Of a DNA stretch of 64,000 bases, positions 54,919 through 62,974 are shown one piece after another. The DNA comes from an uncultured Bacteroidota bacterium (GTDB taxonomy: Bacteria > Bacteroidota > Bacteroidia > Chitinophagales > Chitinophagaceae), in the NCBI GenBank assembly GCA_903926605.1, contig CAIYJV010000031.1, positions 8,178-72,177 on the forward strand. Reading direction: 5' to 3'. Each line of letters starts with the position of its first letter. Position 1 is the stretch's first letter. Made by a program: the position numbers and the translations under genes. Below the pieces are notes generated by a model that was not told the DNA's origin, searched no databases, and saw only the letters and a list, made by a program, of their open reading frames with translations.

Positions 54919-55131
54919 TTATTCAAAATCGGCCAACTTGAGTTGGCATTGACGGAGTATAGAGCGCATTGTTCCCATTGGTAATTCTTTTCGACCCGCG
55001 GGTACAATAACAGTCAAAGTAGGATTGCCATCCTTTCGTAACTTAATATGACTGCCTTTTTGCGCAATAAGCAGGAATCCATGTGCATGGAGGATTTTCA
55101 GCACATGTAATGAAGAGAATAACTTAGGCAT
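54919..55131 (-). CDS. hicA: HicA-family mRNA interferase toxin
   Basis: 70 aa. LKILHAHGFLLIAQKGSHIKLRK...VIVPAGRKELPMGTMRSILRQ matches the YcfA/HicA pattern, including the GSH catalytic His. Confidence 0.85.
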   Translation of the reverse strand: MPKLFSSLHVLKILHAHGFLLIAQKGSHIKLRKDGNPTLTVIVPAGRKELPMGTMRSILRQCQLKLADFE

Positions 55132-55342
55132 ATTTCACTGAAAGGTGAACTATTTCAGGATTTTCCACGTTTTGAATATCTTCATGTTTATCATCTTCAA
55201 GAAATAGATTTATGGCTTCATCAAGATTTACTAAGGCCTCCTCACGGGATTCACCAAAACTCGAAACGTCAATATTAAGACACTGAGCCACGTAATACTT
55301 TCCTTCCTTCCACATCACGTTTTCAAAAGTGCGCTGCTCCAT
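55124..55342 (-). CDS. hicB: HicB-like antitoxin, short form (toxin-binding domain only)
   Basis: 72 aa. WKEGKYYVAQCLNIDVSSFGESREEALVNLDEAINLFLED is the UPF0150/HicB N-terminal fold. Overlaps hicA by 8 nt (ATGCCTAA). Confidence 0.8.
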   Translation of the reverse strand: MEQRTFENVMWKEGKYYVAQCLNIDVSSFGESREEALVNLDEAINLFLEDDKHEDIQNVENPEIVHLSVKYA

Positions 55343-55483
55343 AACCTTCGTTTTATGTTGCTACAAAATTACAGATAAAATTCTGATGCGGTCAATGCCA
55401 CATACGTAGTTTGTTGCAAAACGTAAACCGATTTTGGCGAATTGCCAGTTGGCATTTTACATTATACTCCCACAATCACCCCT

Positions 55484-56365
55484 CTACGGCAGCATAAACG
55501 GCGCGAGCAGACTCAGCACAGTAGTCTGAATCATGGGCTCATCAAATGCTTCTGTAGCTGCAGTTTGTGATATTGTTCCTGTAACGCCGGGGAAGGTGGT
55601 AAGGTCAAAATTCTGTTGCCAGTAGTTGTCCTCGCCCACATAATAATCCCTGAATTCGTTGGGTGGAGAAGAATAAACCGAGTTGGTCATGGTTACCCAC
55701 GGTTTAGGATTATCAGCCGCCTGTACCGAAAGTCTGCGCACCAGCCTGATGTGGGCTGCGTGGCGGCTCTCTACGGTGAGTATCTGAATGGCCAGGGTCA
55801 GGTTGGTTTTGTCGCCAACCAGATTGGGTATAGTGTCGATATACGCCCGTGAGCACAAGTCCTGGAACAACTGTGCGAACTCTGTGAACATCACATAGTT
55901 CATCGAGTAAAACATGGGGTAGGCGCCGTTGGCGGTAAAGTCGTATGCCGCGGGGCAATACGGATTGGCATTGTAATGATTGGGCAGAAAGGCAGTGCCA
56001 CCCAATGTGGTCACGGCGCTGGTGAGCGCATTGATATGAGCCAGATTGTGCGCTACGATATTGGTAAAACCTGCTTGATCAGCGGCAGGGATCAATCCTC
56101 CGGTACTGGTCGCGGTGAGAAAAAAGTTGTATTTGAAATACTCAAGCTTAAGCAGATAGTTCAGGCTGTCTGTTACCGAAACGCCTGTGGTGGTCCGGGC
56201 TGCGGCCTGGTTCCAGGAAGCACTCAGAGCCAATGGCACTGCGGTAGCTGCAAGACGTGTCGCCATTTTGCGGATCACTTCCCGGCGGTCGCTCTGCTGC
56301 TCCAGGGTTCCATTGTCAATTCGGGCTATTTCACTGTATATTTTACTGAAATTCATTTGGCTCAA
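55484..56365 (-). CDS. Ferritin-like domain protein (second of a tandem pair)
   Basis: 293 aa. DSLNYLLKLEYFKYNFF and LTVESRHAAHIRLVRR resemble the di-iron ligand helices of Ferritin_2-type proteins. It starts 4 nt after the upstream paralogue ends. Confidence 0.7.
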   Translation of the reverse strand: MSQMNFSKIYSEIARIDNGTLEQQSDRREVIRKMATRLAATAVPLALSASWNQAAARTTTGVSVTDSLNYLLKLEYFKYNFFLTATSTGGLIPAADQAGFTNIVAHNLAHINALTSAVTTLGGTAFLPNHYNANPYCPAAYDFTANGAYPMFYSMNYVMFTEFAQLFQDLCSRAYIDTIPNLVGDKTNLTLAIQILTVESRHAAHIRLVRRLSVQAADNPKPWVTMTNSVYSSPPNEFRDYYVGEDNYWQQNFDLTTFPGVTGTISQTAATEAFDEPMIQTTVLSLLAPFMLP

Positions 56366-56368
56366 AAA

Positions 56369-57085
56369 TTAGAAAGTGGGTACTCCCGTAAAATCAAAAG
56401 TGGTCTGTATATAGTTCTGTAGCAGCGGCATTACCACGTGTGGCGACAATGCCTGACCAAGACCGGCGTTATCTATTACAGCGCCGTCTCCGAAAGTATT
56501 GTAATTCAAGGCGTCGCGTACATAACCCGCATGACGGGCCTCTACAGAGGCTAATTTGGCGAACAATGAAGTATACTTTGTATCGCTGAACAACTGCACT
56601 GCGCCCGAATATGCGGCTACGCTCAGATCCTGTATGGTGGTAGCGTTGCTCAGGGTACTGGTGCGGTCGGCAAAAGTAACCAGTGACAATTGCAGCACTA
56701 TTTTAGACAGTGCAGCATTGCCCAATAGTTTTTGAAAAAGACCCACATACGCCAATTGGTGATCCCGCAAATCGGCCATCAGGTCATATTCACTCTTCTG
56801 TGTGGAGGAAGGATTGTAGTAAGGCGTAGCATAGGCCTGCGTATAAAACCCGGCCTGAAGTTGCGCAATCACATACAGATAGTTGAGCAGACCGGTGTCG
56901 CCCTTGCCCATTTCTATGTTGTTGCTTGGCGACCTTCTACAGGCGTCCAGCAGCAGGGTACCACCGGCCAGTGCGCCGGTAACCTGGAAAAACCTGCGGC
57001 GTGTCACCCCGGAGCCAGAATTGATCTCGCCCGTAGTTACACCCCCCTGTACCGGATTTTGTTCCGGTCCATTCCTTAAGTCCAT
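56369..57085 (-). CDS. Ferritin-like domain protein with a twin-arginine (Tat) signal
   Basis: 238 aa. TRRRFFQVTGALAGGTLLLDAC is a Tat-type signal with a possible lipobox. GLLNYLYVIAQLQAGFY and LASVEARHAGYVRD are ferritin-like helices. Confidence 0.7.
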   Translation of the reverse strand: MDLRNGPEQNPVQGGVTTGEINSGSGVTRRRFFQVTGALAGGTLLLDACRRSPSNNIEMGKGDTGLLNYLYVIAQLQAGFYTQAYATPYYNPSSTQKSEYDLMADLRDHQLAYVGLFQKLLGNAALSKIVLQLSLVTFADRTSTLSNATTIQDLSVAAYSGAVQLFSDTKYTSLFAKLASVEARHAGYVRDALNYNTFGDGAVIDNAGLGQALSPHVVMPLLQNYIQTTFDFTGVPTF

Positions 57086-57244
57086 ATAATAAAGTCCGTG
57101 TTTAAAACCTGTTCGCGAAAAAAGTTTGCTGCAATTTAATACATATTGCTATAAAAGTGAAAAATATAAAGAGGCTGGAAAATCCTTGCGGTTTGCCTTT
57201 TCACGATATGTATTAATAACAGGAATTGCCTTGGCACAGTCTGC

Positions 57245-57481
57245 CTAATTCTTGCACGCCACAAACACAAATGGATTGTCTTTGCGTTTGCGTAGTGCCG
57301 TATGGATCCTGAATGGATCTTTGTGTATTTTAAAACGGGGTACGTCTATTACTTCAAACACCCTGACGTAGCCGAAATCGGTGGCGTTACGCTTTAGAAA
57401 CGACGCCAGCATTACTGCCGACCGCAGATCGGCCGCCAGTATATCCCCTAAATAATGCATCCATACTTTCTGTTCCCGCAT
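57245..57481 (-). CDS. Hypothetical protein (78 aa)
   Basis: The ORF sits 16 nt downstream of the small membrane protein gene on the same strand. No motif recognised. It could be a gene remnant. Confidence 0.35.
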   Translation of the reverse strand: MREQKVWMHYLGDILAADLRSAVMLASFLKRNATDFGYVRVFEVIDVPRFKIHKDPFRIHTALRKRKDNPFVFVACKN

Positions 57482-57497
57482 GGCCAGGTTTTTAATT

Positions 57498-57644
57498 TTA
57501 ATGCCTGTTTCTCTTATAACGGCTGTATAGGTCTACCCCGCAACCGCATTTCTTTTCGCTGTTGCAACTTTCGCTCACCATTATCGTCAGAAAAGCCGCA
57601 AATAATGCTATGGCAATAAATGTGCCTGATTTTGTCTTTTTCAT
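57498..57644 (-). CDS. Small single-pass membrane protein with a Cys-rich, basic tail
   Basis: Internal ATG at 57644 of ORF 57498..57854 gives MKKTKSGTFIAIALFAAFLTIMVSESCNSEKKCGCGVDLYSRYKRNRH (48 aa). The longer ORF-track version would run through the divergent GT gene start. Confidence 0.4.
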   Translation of the reverse strand: MKKTKSGTFIAIALFAAFLTIMVSESCNSEKKCGCGVDLYSRYKRNRH

Positions 57645-57671
57645 AAATACTTTTGTAAAAATATAGTTTAG

Positions 57672-58748
57672 TTGCCAACAAAACAACCCAGGAGAATATT
57701 GATCGCGCCCCTCGACTGGGGTATGGGCCACACCACGCGTTGTGTGCCTGTAATAGCCTGTCTGCGCGCTTCCGGCCATATTCCGGTGTTCGCAGGCAAT
57801 CAATGGCAGCGTAGTTTTATAGAAAAAATCTTTCCGGGCATAGAGAATATTCATATAGACGGGTACGACGTGCGCTGGTCAGGCTCAATGACATCCTTTC
57901 TTTTCCAGCTCCCTGGAATAGTCCGGAAAATACACAGCGAACACGAGTGGTTATTGAATCATGCGACAGCGCTCGGCATAAACGGCATTATTTCAGACAA
58001 CCGGTACGGTATGTATCATCCTGATATTCCATCGGTAGTGCTGACGCATCAGTTGCAGCCGCTCAGCGCCATGGGCGTTTGGGCCGACAGGACGGCACGC
58101 AATACCCATTATGCGCTGCTGCGGAAATTCAATGAGGTTTGGGTCCCCGATCTGCCCGTTGCCGGGCTGGCGGGCCGAATGTCGCATCCCGCTGTTATGC
58201 CTGCAAACGTGGTATATATCGGGCTGTTGTCTCCTTATGCAGATACATCCTCACAACCTGCGGCTCCAGACTCGCTGCTGGTGTTGTTATCCGGCCCTGA
58301 ACCACAAAGGGGTAAACTCTCTGCGATACTAAAAGAACAACTGAGCCAGTACAAAGGCGATATCTGCTTTGTGGAAGGTTCAGCCCAGGGTCTGCGTGGC
58401 GCATTGCCAGAGTCGGCCTCTTACTTTCACCGGTTAGCCCCTGGTCAAATCCAGCCACTCCTGACTGCCGCGGGCACAGTAATTTGCCGCAGCGGATATT
58501 CTACGATCATGGATCTTCTCGCCCTGGGTAAACGCGCCATCCTGATACCCACACCCGGACAAACCGAGCAGCAGTATCTGGGCAGTTTGCTTTCAGCGCA
58601 GGATGGATTTCATGCCGTAAAGCAGCAAGGTTTTAACCTCTCCAAAGCCTTAAGCGCATTCTCTGGCAAATCTGAAACCCATGCGCTACAGCCGGCAAGC
58701 TACCAGTTGTTCAAAACCGTCCTTACCAAATGGACAGAGGGGCTGTAA
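57672..58748 (+). CDS. GT-B glycosyltransferase (GT28/GT1, MurG-like fold)
   Basis: 358 aa. N-terminal ILIAPLDWGMGHTTRCVPVI. C-terminal ICRSGYSTIMDLLALGKRAILIPTPGQTEQ donor-binding motif. Confidence 0.75.
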   Translation: MPTKQPRRILIAPLDWGMGHTTRCVPVIACLRASGHIPVFAGNQWQRSFIEKIFPGIENIHIDGYDVRWSGSMTSFLFQLPGIVRKIHSEHEWLLNHATALGINGIISDNRYGMYHPDIPSVVLTHQLQPLSAMGVWADRTARNTHYALLRKFNEVWVPDLPVAGLAGRMSHPAVMPANVVYIGLLSPYADTSSQPAAPDSLLVLLSGPEPQRGKLSAILKEQLSQYKGDICFVEGSAQGLRGALPESASYFHRLAPGQIQPLLTAAGTVICRSGYSTIMDLLALGKRAILIPTPGQTEQQYLGSLLSAQDGFHAVKQQGFNLSKALSAFSGKSETHALQPASYQLFKTVLTKWTEGL

Positions 58749-58770
58749 AGCCCCTCTGTCAGATGTTTTT
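58733..58770. terminator. Strong hairpin terminator enclosing the stop codon of the GT-B gene; probably also serves the convergent TPR gene
   Basis: GACAGAGGGGCT-GTAA-AGCCCCTCTGTC. Perfect 12-bp stem with a GNRA loop. The TAA stop (58746-58748) lies in the loop. Followed by AGATGTTTTTT. Confidence 0.8.
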
Positions 58771-58784
58771 TAAGAATTAACCCC

Positions 58785-60410
58785 TTACTTTTTGGCAGGT
58801 GGTTTTTGTGCAGCGCGTGCTTTTTGTTTGGCCGCTTCCTTTTCCAGATCTTCTATCTGTTTCAGGTATTTATCGTTGGGGTCCAGCGCGCGTAATTTTT
58901 CTTTTACTATGTTCATGTTTTCCTTGTCTTCTTTGTTGAAGTAGAAAGTGAGTTCGTAGCCGTATGCCGACTTCAGTTCATTCTTCTTTTCATAATTGGG
59001 GCCAACCTTGGCAAGCCATTGTTCGTAGAACGGCACCGCAAGACCGCTCGTATCGGTAGAGTCTATATTGGCGGCTGACTTGGCGGCGTACAGGTATGCA
59101 GAGGGCTGCTCAGGATATTTTTTCATAAATGCCTGACTGGTAGACAAACCGTTCACATAGTCTCCGCAATAGTAAAACATAATAGACCTCCATGCATAGT
59201 CGGCAGCCTGTGTTTCTGGGTTTGCCTTTACAAGGTTGTTGTACCACTCTGCAGATTTTGTGTAGTTTTTCTTACTCTTGAATGCTTCTGCCATCTGGCG
59301 GTATATCTCGGTTTTGTCGGCAGACGTATCTGCGTTCAGCCCAAGATTATAGTAATAGCCGGCAGAGTCCAGATCACCGATCCTGAGCCAAAGTTTACCA
59401 AAGTCAATATAGGCTTCAGAGCGTATCCTGGCTGCCTTTTGCATCGAGAAATACTTGCGGATATTGTCAACTGCACCCAAAGAGTCGTTGCAGAATGGCT
59501 GTGAAAAGCCGATGATACCATACAATTCTGTTTTCACCGAATCGGGAATCGGATTCACATTCATCAGCTCTTTTGCCTGTGTGATTGCATCGCAGTAGTT
59601 TTTAGACTGAAATAAGATTTCCGCATTCAGTTTTTTGTCGTTGAACGACTTGTCGGATTTCTGCATATACTCCTTGATATTGGCAAGTGCCATGTCATAT
59701 CGTCCGGACCTTTGGAATGCTTCCGCAAGGGCCTTGTAGGGCAGCGGATTGGTAGCATCGCATTCTTTGGCTTTAGAGTAGTTCTCCAGCGCCAGTTTGT
59801 AGTTGGTGGCATCAAACCAAAGATCTCCAATGCGCGAGTAAGCCAGCGAATTGCAGGTTTCGGCATCCCGGGCATGTTCGTAGTTGTCCATTGCCGAGCC
59901 ACCGCCTCCGGGCATTTTCCGGAACGCATCGCCCAGGGCTATGAAAATAGAGGGGTCCTTTGCGCCACGTTTCACAGCTGCAGAGTCCCAGGCTATTGCC
60001 TGCATATAGTCCCCACCCTGTGTCCTGATAATGGCTTCGGCAGCGAAACGCAGTTGTTCAAATTCTTTTTTCTTAGCCTTGGCAGCAAGATCTCTCAGGA
60101 TATGCATTGCCTTGCTGGTATCTTTCTGGTGAAAAGCCACCATAGCCGTACCGGAAATATTGGCGGGGTCTTCAGGAAACTTGGTAAAACATACCGTGGC
60201 ATTGCCCAGGTCGTTCAGTTCAAGGTAGGTAAGTCCGAGATAATAGTTTGCCCGTACATCTGTGGCTGCCAGTGGCAATAAGGCTGTTTGCGCACTTTGC
60301 CACCTGTGGTAGTTGAACATCTTGATCCCGCTTTCAAGCTGCGCCTGTGCGGTGATACCCATCGTCACTGCTGCCAGGACCGATACTGTTTTTTTAATTT
60401 TAGCTATCAT
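58785..60410 (-). CDS. Tetratricopeptide-repeat protein, secreted
   Basis: Signal peptide. Many TPR-like A..YY.LG....G....A...F.KA units. Lys/Ala-rich C-terminal tail. Confidence 0.75.
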   Translation of the reverse strand: MIAKIKKTVSVLAAVTMGITAQAQLESGIKMFNYHRWQSAQTALLPLAATDVRANYYLGLTYLELNDLGNATVCFTKFPEDPANISGTAMVAFHQKDTSKAMHILRDLAAKAKKKEFEQLRFAAEAIIRTQGGDYMQAIAWDSAAVKRGAKDPSIFIALGDAFRKMPGGGGSAMDNYEHARDAETCNSLAYSRIGDLWFDATNYKLALENYSKAKECDATNPLPYKALAEAFQRSGRYDMALANIKEYMQKSDKSFNDKKLNAEILFQSKNYCDAITQAKELMNVNPIPDSVKTELYGIIGFSQPFCNDSLGAVDNIRKYFSMQKAARIRSEAYIDFGKLWLRIGDLDSAGYYYNLGLNADTSADKTEIYRQMAEAFKSKKNYTKSAEWYNNLVKANPETQAADYAWRSIMFYYCGDYVNGLSTSQAFMKKYPEQPSAYLYAAKSAANIDSTDTSGLAVPFYEQWLAKVGPNYEKKNELKSAYGYELTFYFNKEDKENMNIVKEKLRALDPNDKYLKQIEDLEKEAAKQKARAAQKPPAKK

Positions 60411-60455
60411 ACTGCTTGTCCGGTAAGTGTGTATTTCCTTATACTTTTTGTGTGG

Positions 60456-61409
60456 TTATTGTTTAATACTTGCTTCTCTTATTACAATGTTCATGCGTAA
60501 AGGGAAAAGGTGAGCGTGCGCAAAAATAAGCTGCCCCTGCTCCTTTGCCAAAAAATTCGCAAATCCCGTGCCAAGACCCGGATAACTCTCTCTGTTTATA
60601 TAAAAAAGTTTGCGTGCAAGTGGGTATGCCTGCCTGGCTATCATAGCTTGGTAGGGTTTGTTAAACCTGCGCAACCCTGAGTTGTCTACGGGTGAATTTT
60701 TATTGTTCTCCAGCGCCACTACGTGCACAGAGTTGATAAAAGTGCCTGTGTTCGTGTTGTCTTCGGGGTCGCACACATAGCTAAGCCCAACAAAGCCAAC
60801 CGCCGCCGGATTTTTGGATACATAGTCTATTACCGCACTGTCGCCGCTCACCGCATATACATTCTTACCCAGTTGCTCGCCGGCCATTACAGAATCGGTG
60901 ATGAATTTCACCATACCCGATGTCTTGTTGTCAAAAACCACGGTATATTTTATTTTGGTTTCCCCCCGCAGTACTCCGCGCAGCAGATTCATGTCCATTT
61001 CCGTGTCGGGCGAACTGTTGTTTACGATCACCGCTACTGCATCCATTGCAATAGGCAGCGACGTGTTATAGATCTGATTTTTAGAACACACCGCTTTCTC
61101 TTCCTTCGTCAGGTCGCGGGAGATAAGTATGATCCGGGCTTTATTGTCGAAGTAGTCCTTGATGCATTCTCCTTCGGGTTTATAATGAATGGTGACATTT
61201 GCTTCCGGGTATGAAGAATCGAATACTTTCTTCTCGGCATCCAGAATGGGTTTGTATGCTTCGTCCGCCGAAATATCGATTGTGCCCTTGCCCAGTGTGT
61301 CTGTTATTTTTGGTCCCTGATTGCAAGCGGAAAACAGCAAAGAAAGGAAACCACAAATCAGAAAATTCTTAAATAGTGACATAAACAGCAATTTTACCAC
61401 TATTTTCAT
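60456..61409 (-). CDS. PstS-family (PBP_like_2) substrate-binding lipoprotein
   Basis: Lipobox LLFSAC. The GTIDISADEAYKPIL...IAMDAVAVIVNNSSP...LRGVLRGE pattern is typical of phosphate-binding-like domains. It lies immediately upstream of the TPR gene on the same strand. Confidence 0.6.
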   Translation of the reverse strand: MKIVVKLLFMSLFKNFLICGFLSLLFSACNQGPKITDTLGKGTIDISADEAYKPILDAEKKVFDSSYPEANVTIHYKPEGECIKDYFDNKARIILISRDLTKEEKAVCSKNQIYNTSLPIAMDAVAVIVNNSSPDTEMDMNLLRGVLRGETKIKYTVVFDNKTSGMVKFITDSVMAGEQLGKNVYAVSGDSAVIDYVSKNPAAVGFVGLSYVCDPEDNTNTGTFINSVHVVALENNKNSPVDNSGLRRFNKPYQAMIARQAYPLARKLFYINRESYPGLGTGFANFLAKEQGQLIFAHAHLFPLRMNIVIREASIKQ

Positions 61410-61719
61410 TTAAAGAGTATATACTGTAATATGTTGTAACAATTATTTAACGTAATAGACGCCGTTTGCAGGCCTTTTCACTTCCTGTACCCGGTAACAC
61501 TGCCAACATCTGTCAGGACCGGCCTTCTACGAGAAGAGGCAGGGTAAAAATAGCAACCCTTTTATAACAGCCAAGTATTGTCCGGACGCTAAAGGTCATT
61601 GCGCAATATTTTATGGGTAATGCTGGTTGGTTCAATTTGTCTGCCGGATATTTTGAACCGCTTTTTCAATTTAAAATTTCAATCAGATATAAAGCGTTAT
61701 ATTCGCAAAAAGCTGTGTC

Positions 61720-62373
61720 ATGATAAAACTAGCATTTACCACAAAAACCTGGGCCGCCAACCATGCCAATGCAGCCAGAATAGTGATTGCAGTCTGTTAC
61801 GCCCTGATATTCGCTTGTGTTGTTTTTCTCGAGTCTTTGCTATCCCGGCTCGGTGTCAGGCTGCCCGGGACATGGCTATGGGTAGCATTGGGAGTTGTTG
61901 CCGCCTTGTTTGCGGTACATACTGTCCTGCATAAATATTTCTTCATCCGCAACTGGTGGCTGGTGCAGCGTGGTTTTGGATTTACAGTGCTGATGATATC
62001 TTTTTTTGGTGTGCTTGTAGCGCTAAACCAGCCATCCGGTACTTTCCCTTTGTTGCAGCAAAGATCTTATGCCGCTTTTCCTTCCGCTGCCCGTGGTGTC
62101 CGGACTGAGCAGATGCACAAGATCAATACCATGCCACAGGATGGGCCATTCTCGGTTTTGACGCAGGTACTCCTTGTTGTTTTGGTAATAGCACTTGTCT
62201 ATATTTTGGGAGTGTTACTTGCTGTTTTGGCATGCTCACTTGCCTGTTCGGGATATGCGCTACTGGCAACAGTAGTTGCTATTGTTGGGGGTGCCGGTAT
62301 TCTATATGGAGCCATCATTGCGTTCATGGCCATTTTCGGTCATCATCACAGGCATAGGCACTACTATTACTAG
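61720..62373 (+). CDS. Hypothetical polytopic membrane protein with a His/Arg/Tyr C-terminal tail
   Basis: 217 aa with about 6 hydrophobic segments. Ends FGHHHRHRHYYY. Confidence 0.55.
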   Translation: MIKLAFTTKTWAANHANAARIVIAVCYALIFACVVFLESLLSRLGVRLPGTWLWVALGVVAALFAVHTVLHKYFFIRNWWLVQRGFGFTVLMISFFGVLVALNQPSGTFPLLQQRSYAAFPSAARGVRTEQMHKINTMPQDGPFSVLTQVLLVVLVIALVYILGVLLAVLACSLACSGYALLATVVAIVGGAGILYGAIIAFMAIFGHHHRHRHYYY

Positions 62374-62519
62374 GAACAGGCATTTTTCGGTCTGTCCGGC
62401 ATGCACAAAATTCAATTGTATCCTTTTCAACGCCAAAAAGATGCGAACCGGAGTTCATTAATTTATGCCGTCAGAAATAATGGTCTAAAATCAGGAGCCA
62501 GTCGCGAAATTTGTCGTGA

Positions 62520-62969
62520 TCACAGCACTTTTTTCATGCACAGACTTTTAGGTGCATTTACATACTGCCCGTAATTAGGTATAATGTGGTAACCCGCTTT
62601 CAGGTATAAGCCAATTGCTTCGTTGGGCTCGGTCACGGTTTCCAGTATGCAGTTATTGTACCCGTTTTCTGTAGCCCAACTTTCAAGATGCATCAGTATG
62701 ACAGACGCTATGCCCCTTCCCCGATAAGAAGGGTCTACGAACATCCTTTTTATTTCTGCCGTTCCGGGTTCGTATTCTTTATATGCGCCACAACCCACAG
62801 CCACATTATCTGTGTAGTAGATCACCACGTTTTTGATTTTATCAATGGTGTTGAAGGTGGCATAAAACGCATGGTCGTCGCCGTCGCGAACAGCCAGAAA
62901 CTGGTCCAGTTGCCTTACCAGCGTTTTAAAATCTTCATCGTCCGATGTGGTGCGTTTCAGTGTCATCAT
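62520..62969 (-). CDS. GNAT-family N-acetyltransferase
   Basis: 149 aa with the acetyl-CoA motif RGRGIASVILMHLESWATENGY. Confidence 0.85.
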   Translation of the reverse strand: MMTLKRTTSDDEDFKTLVRQLDQFLAVRDGDDHAFYATFNTIDKIKNVVIYYTDNVAVGCGAYKEYEPGTAEIKRMFVDPSYRGRGIASVILMHLESWATENGYNNCILETVTEPNEAIGLYLKAGYHIIPNYGQYVNAPKSLCMKKVL

Positions 62970-62974
62970 TCATT

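Noticed and set aside
51557-55400. Whether the AT-rich islet is a prophage, IS element or integrative element.
   Set aside because: There is no integrase, transposase, phage structural gene or terminal inverted repeat in or next to it, and no tRNA target. Only compositional and repeat evidence exists, so I report it as an islet of unknown origin rather than a mobile element.
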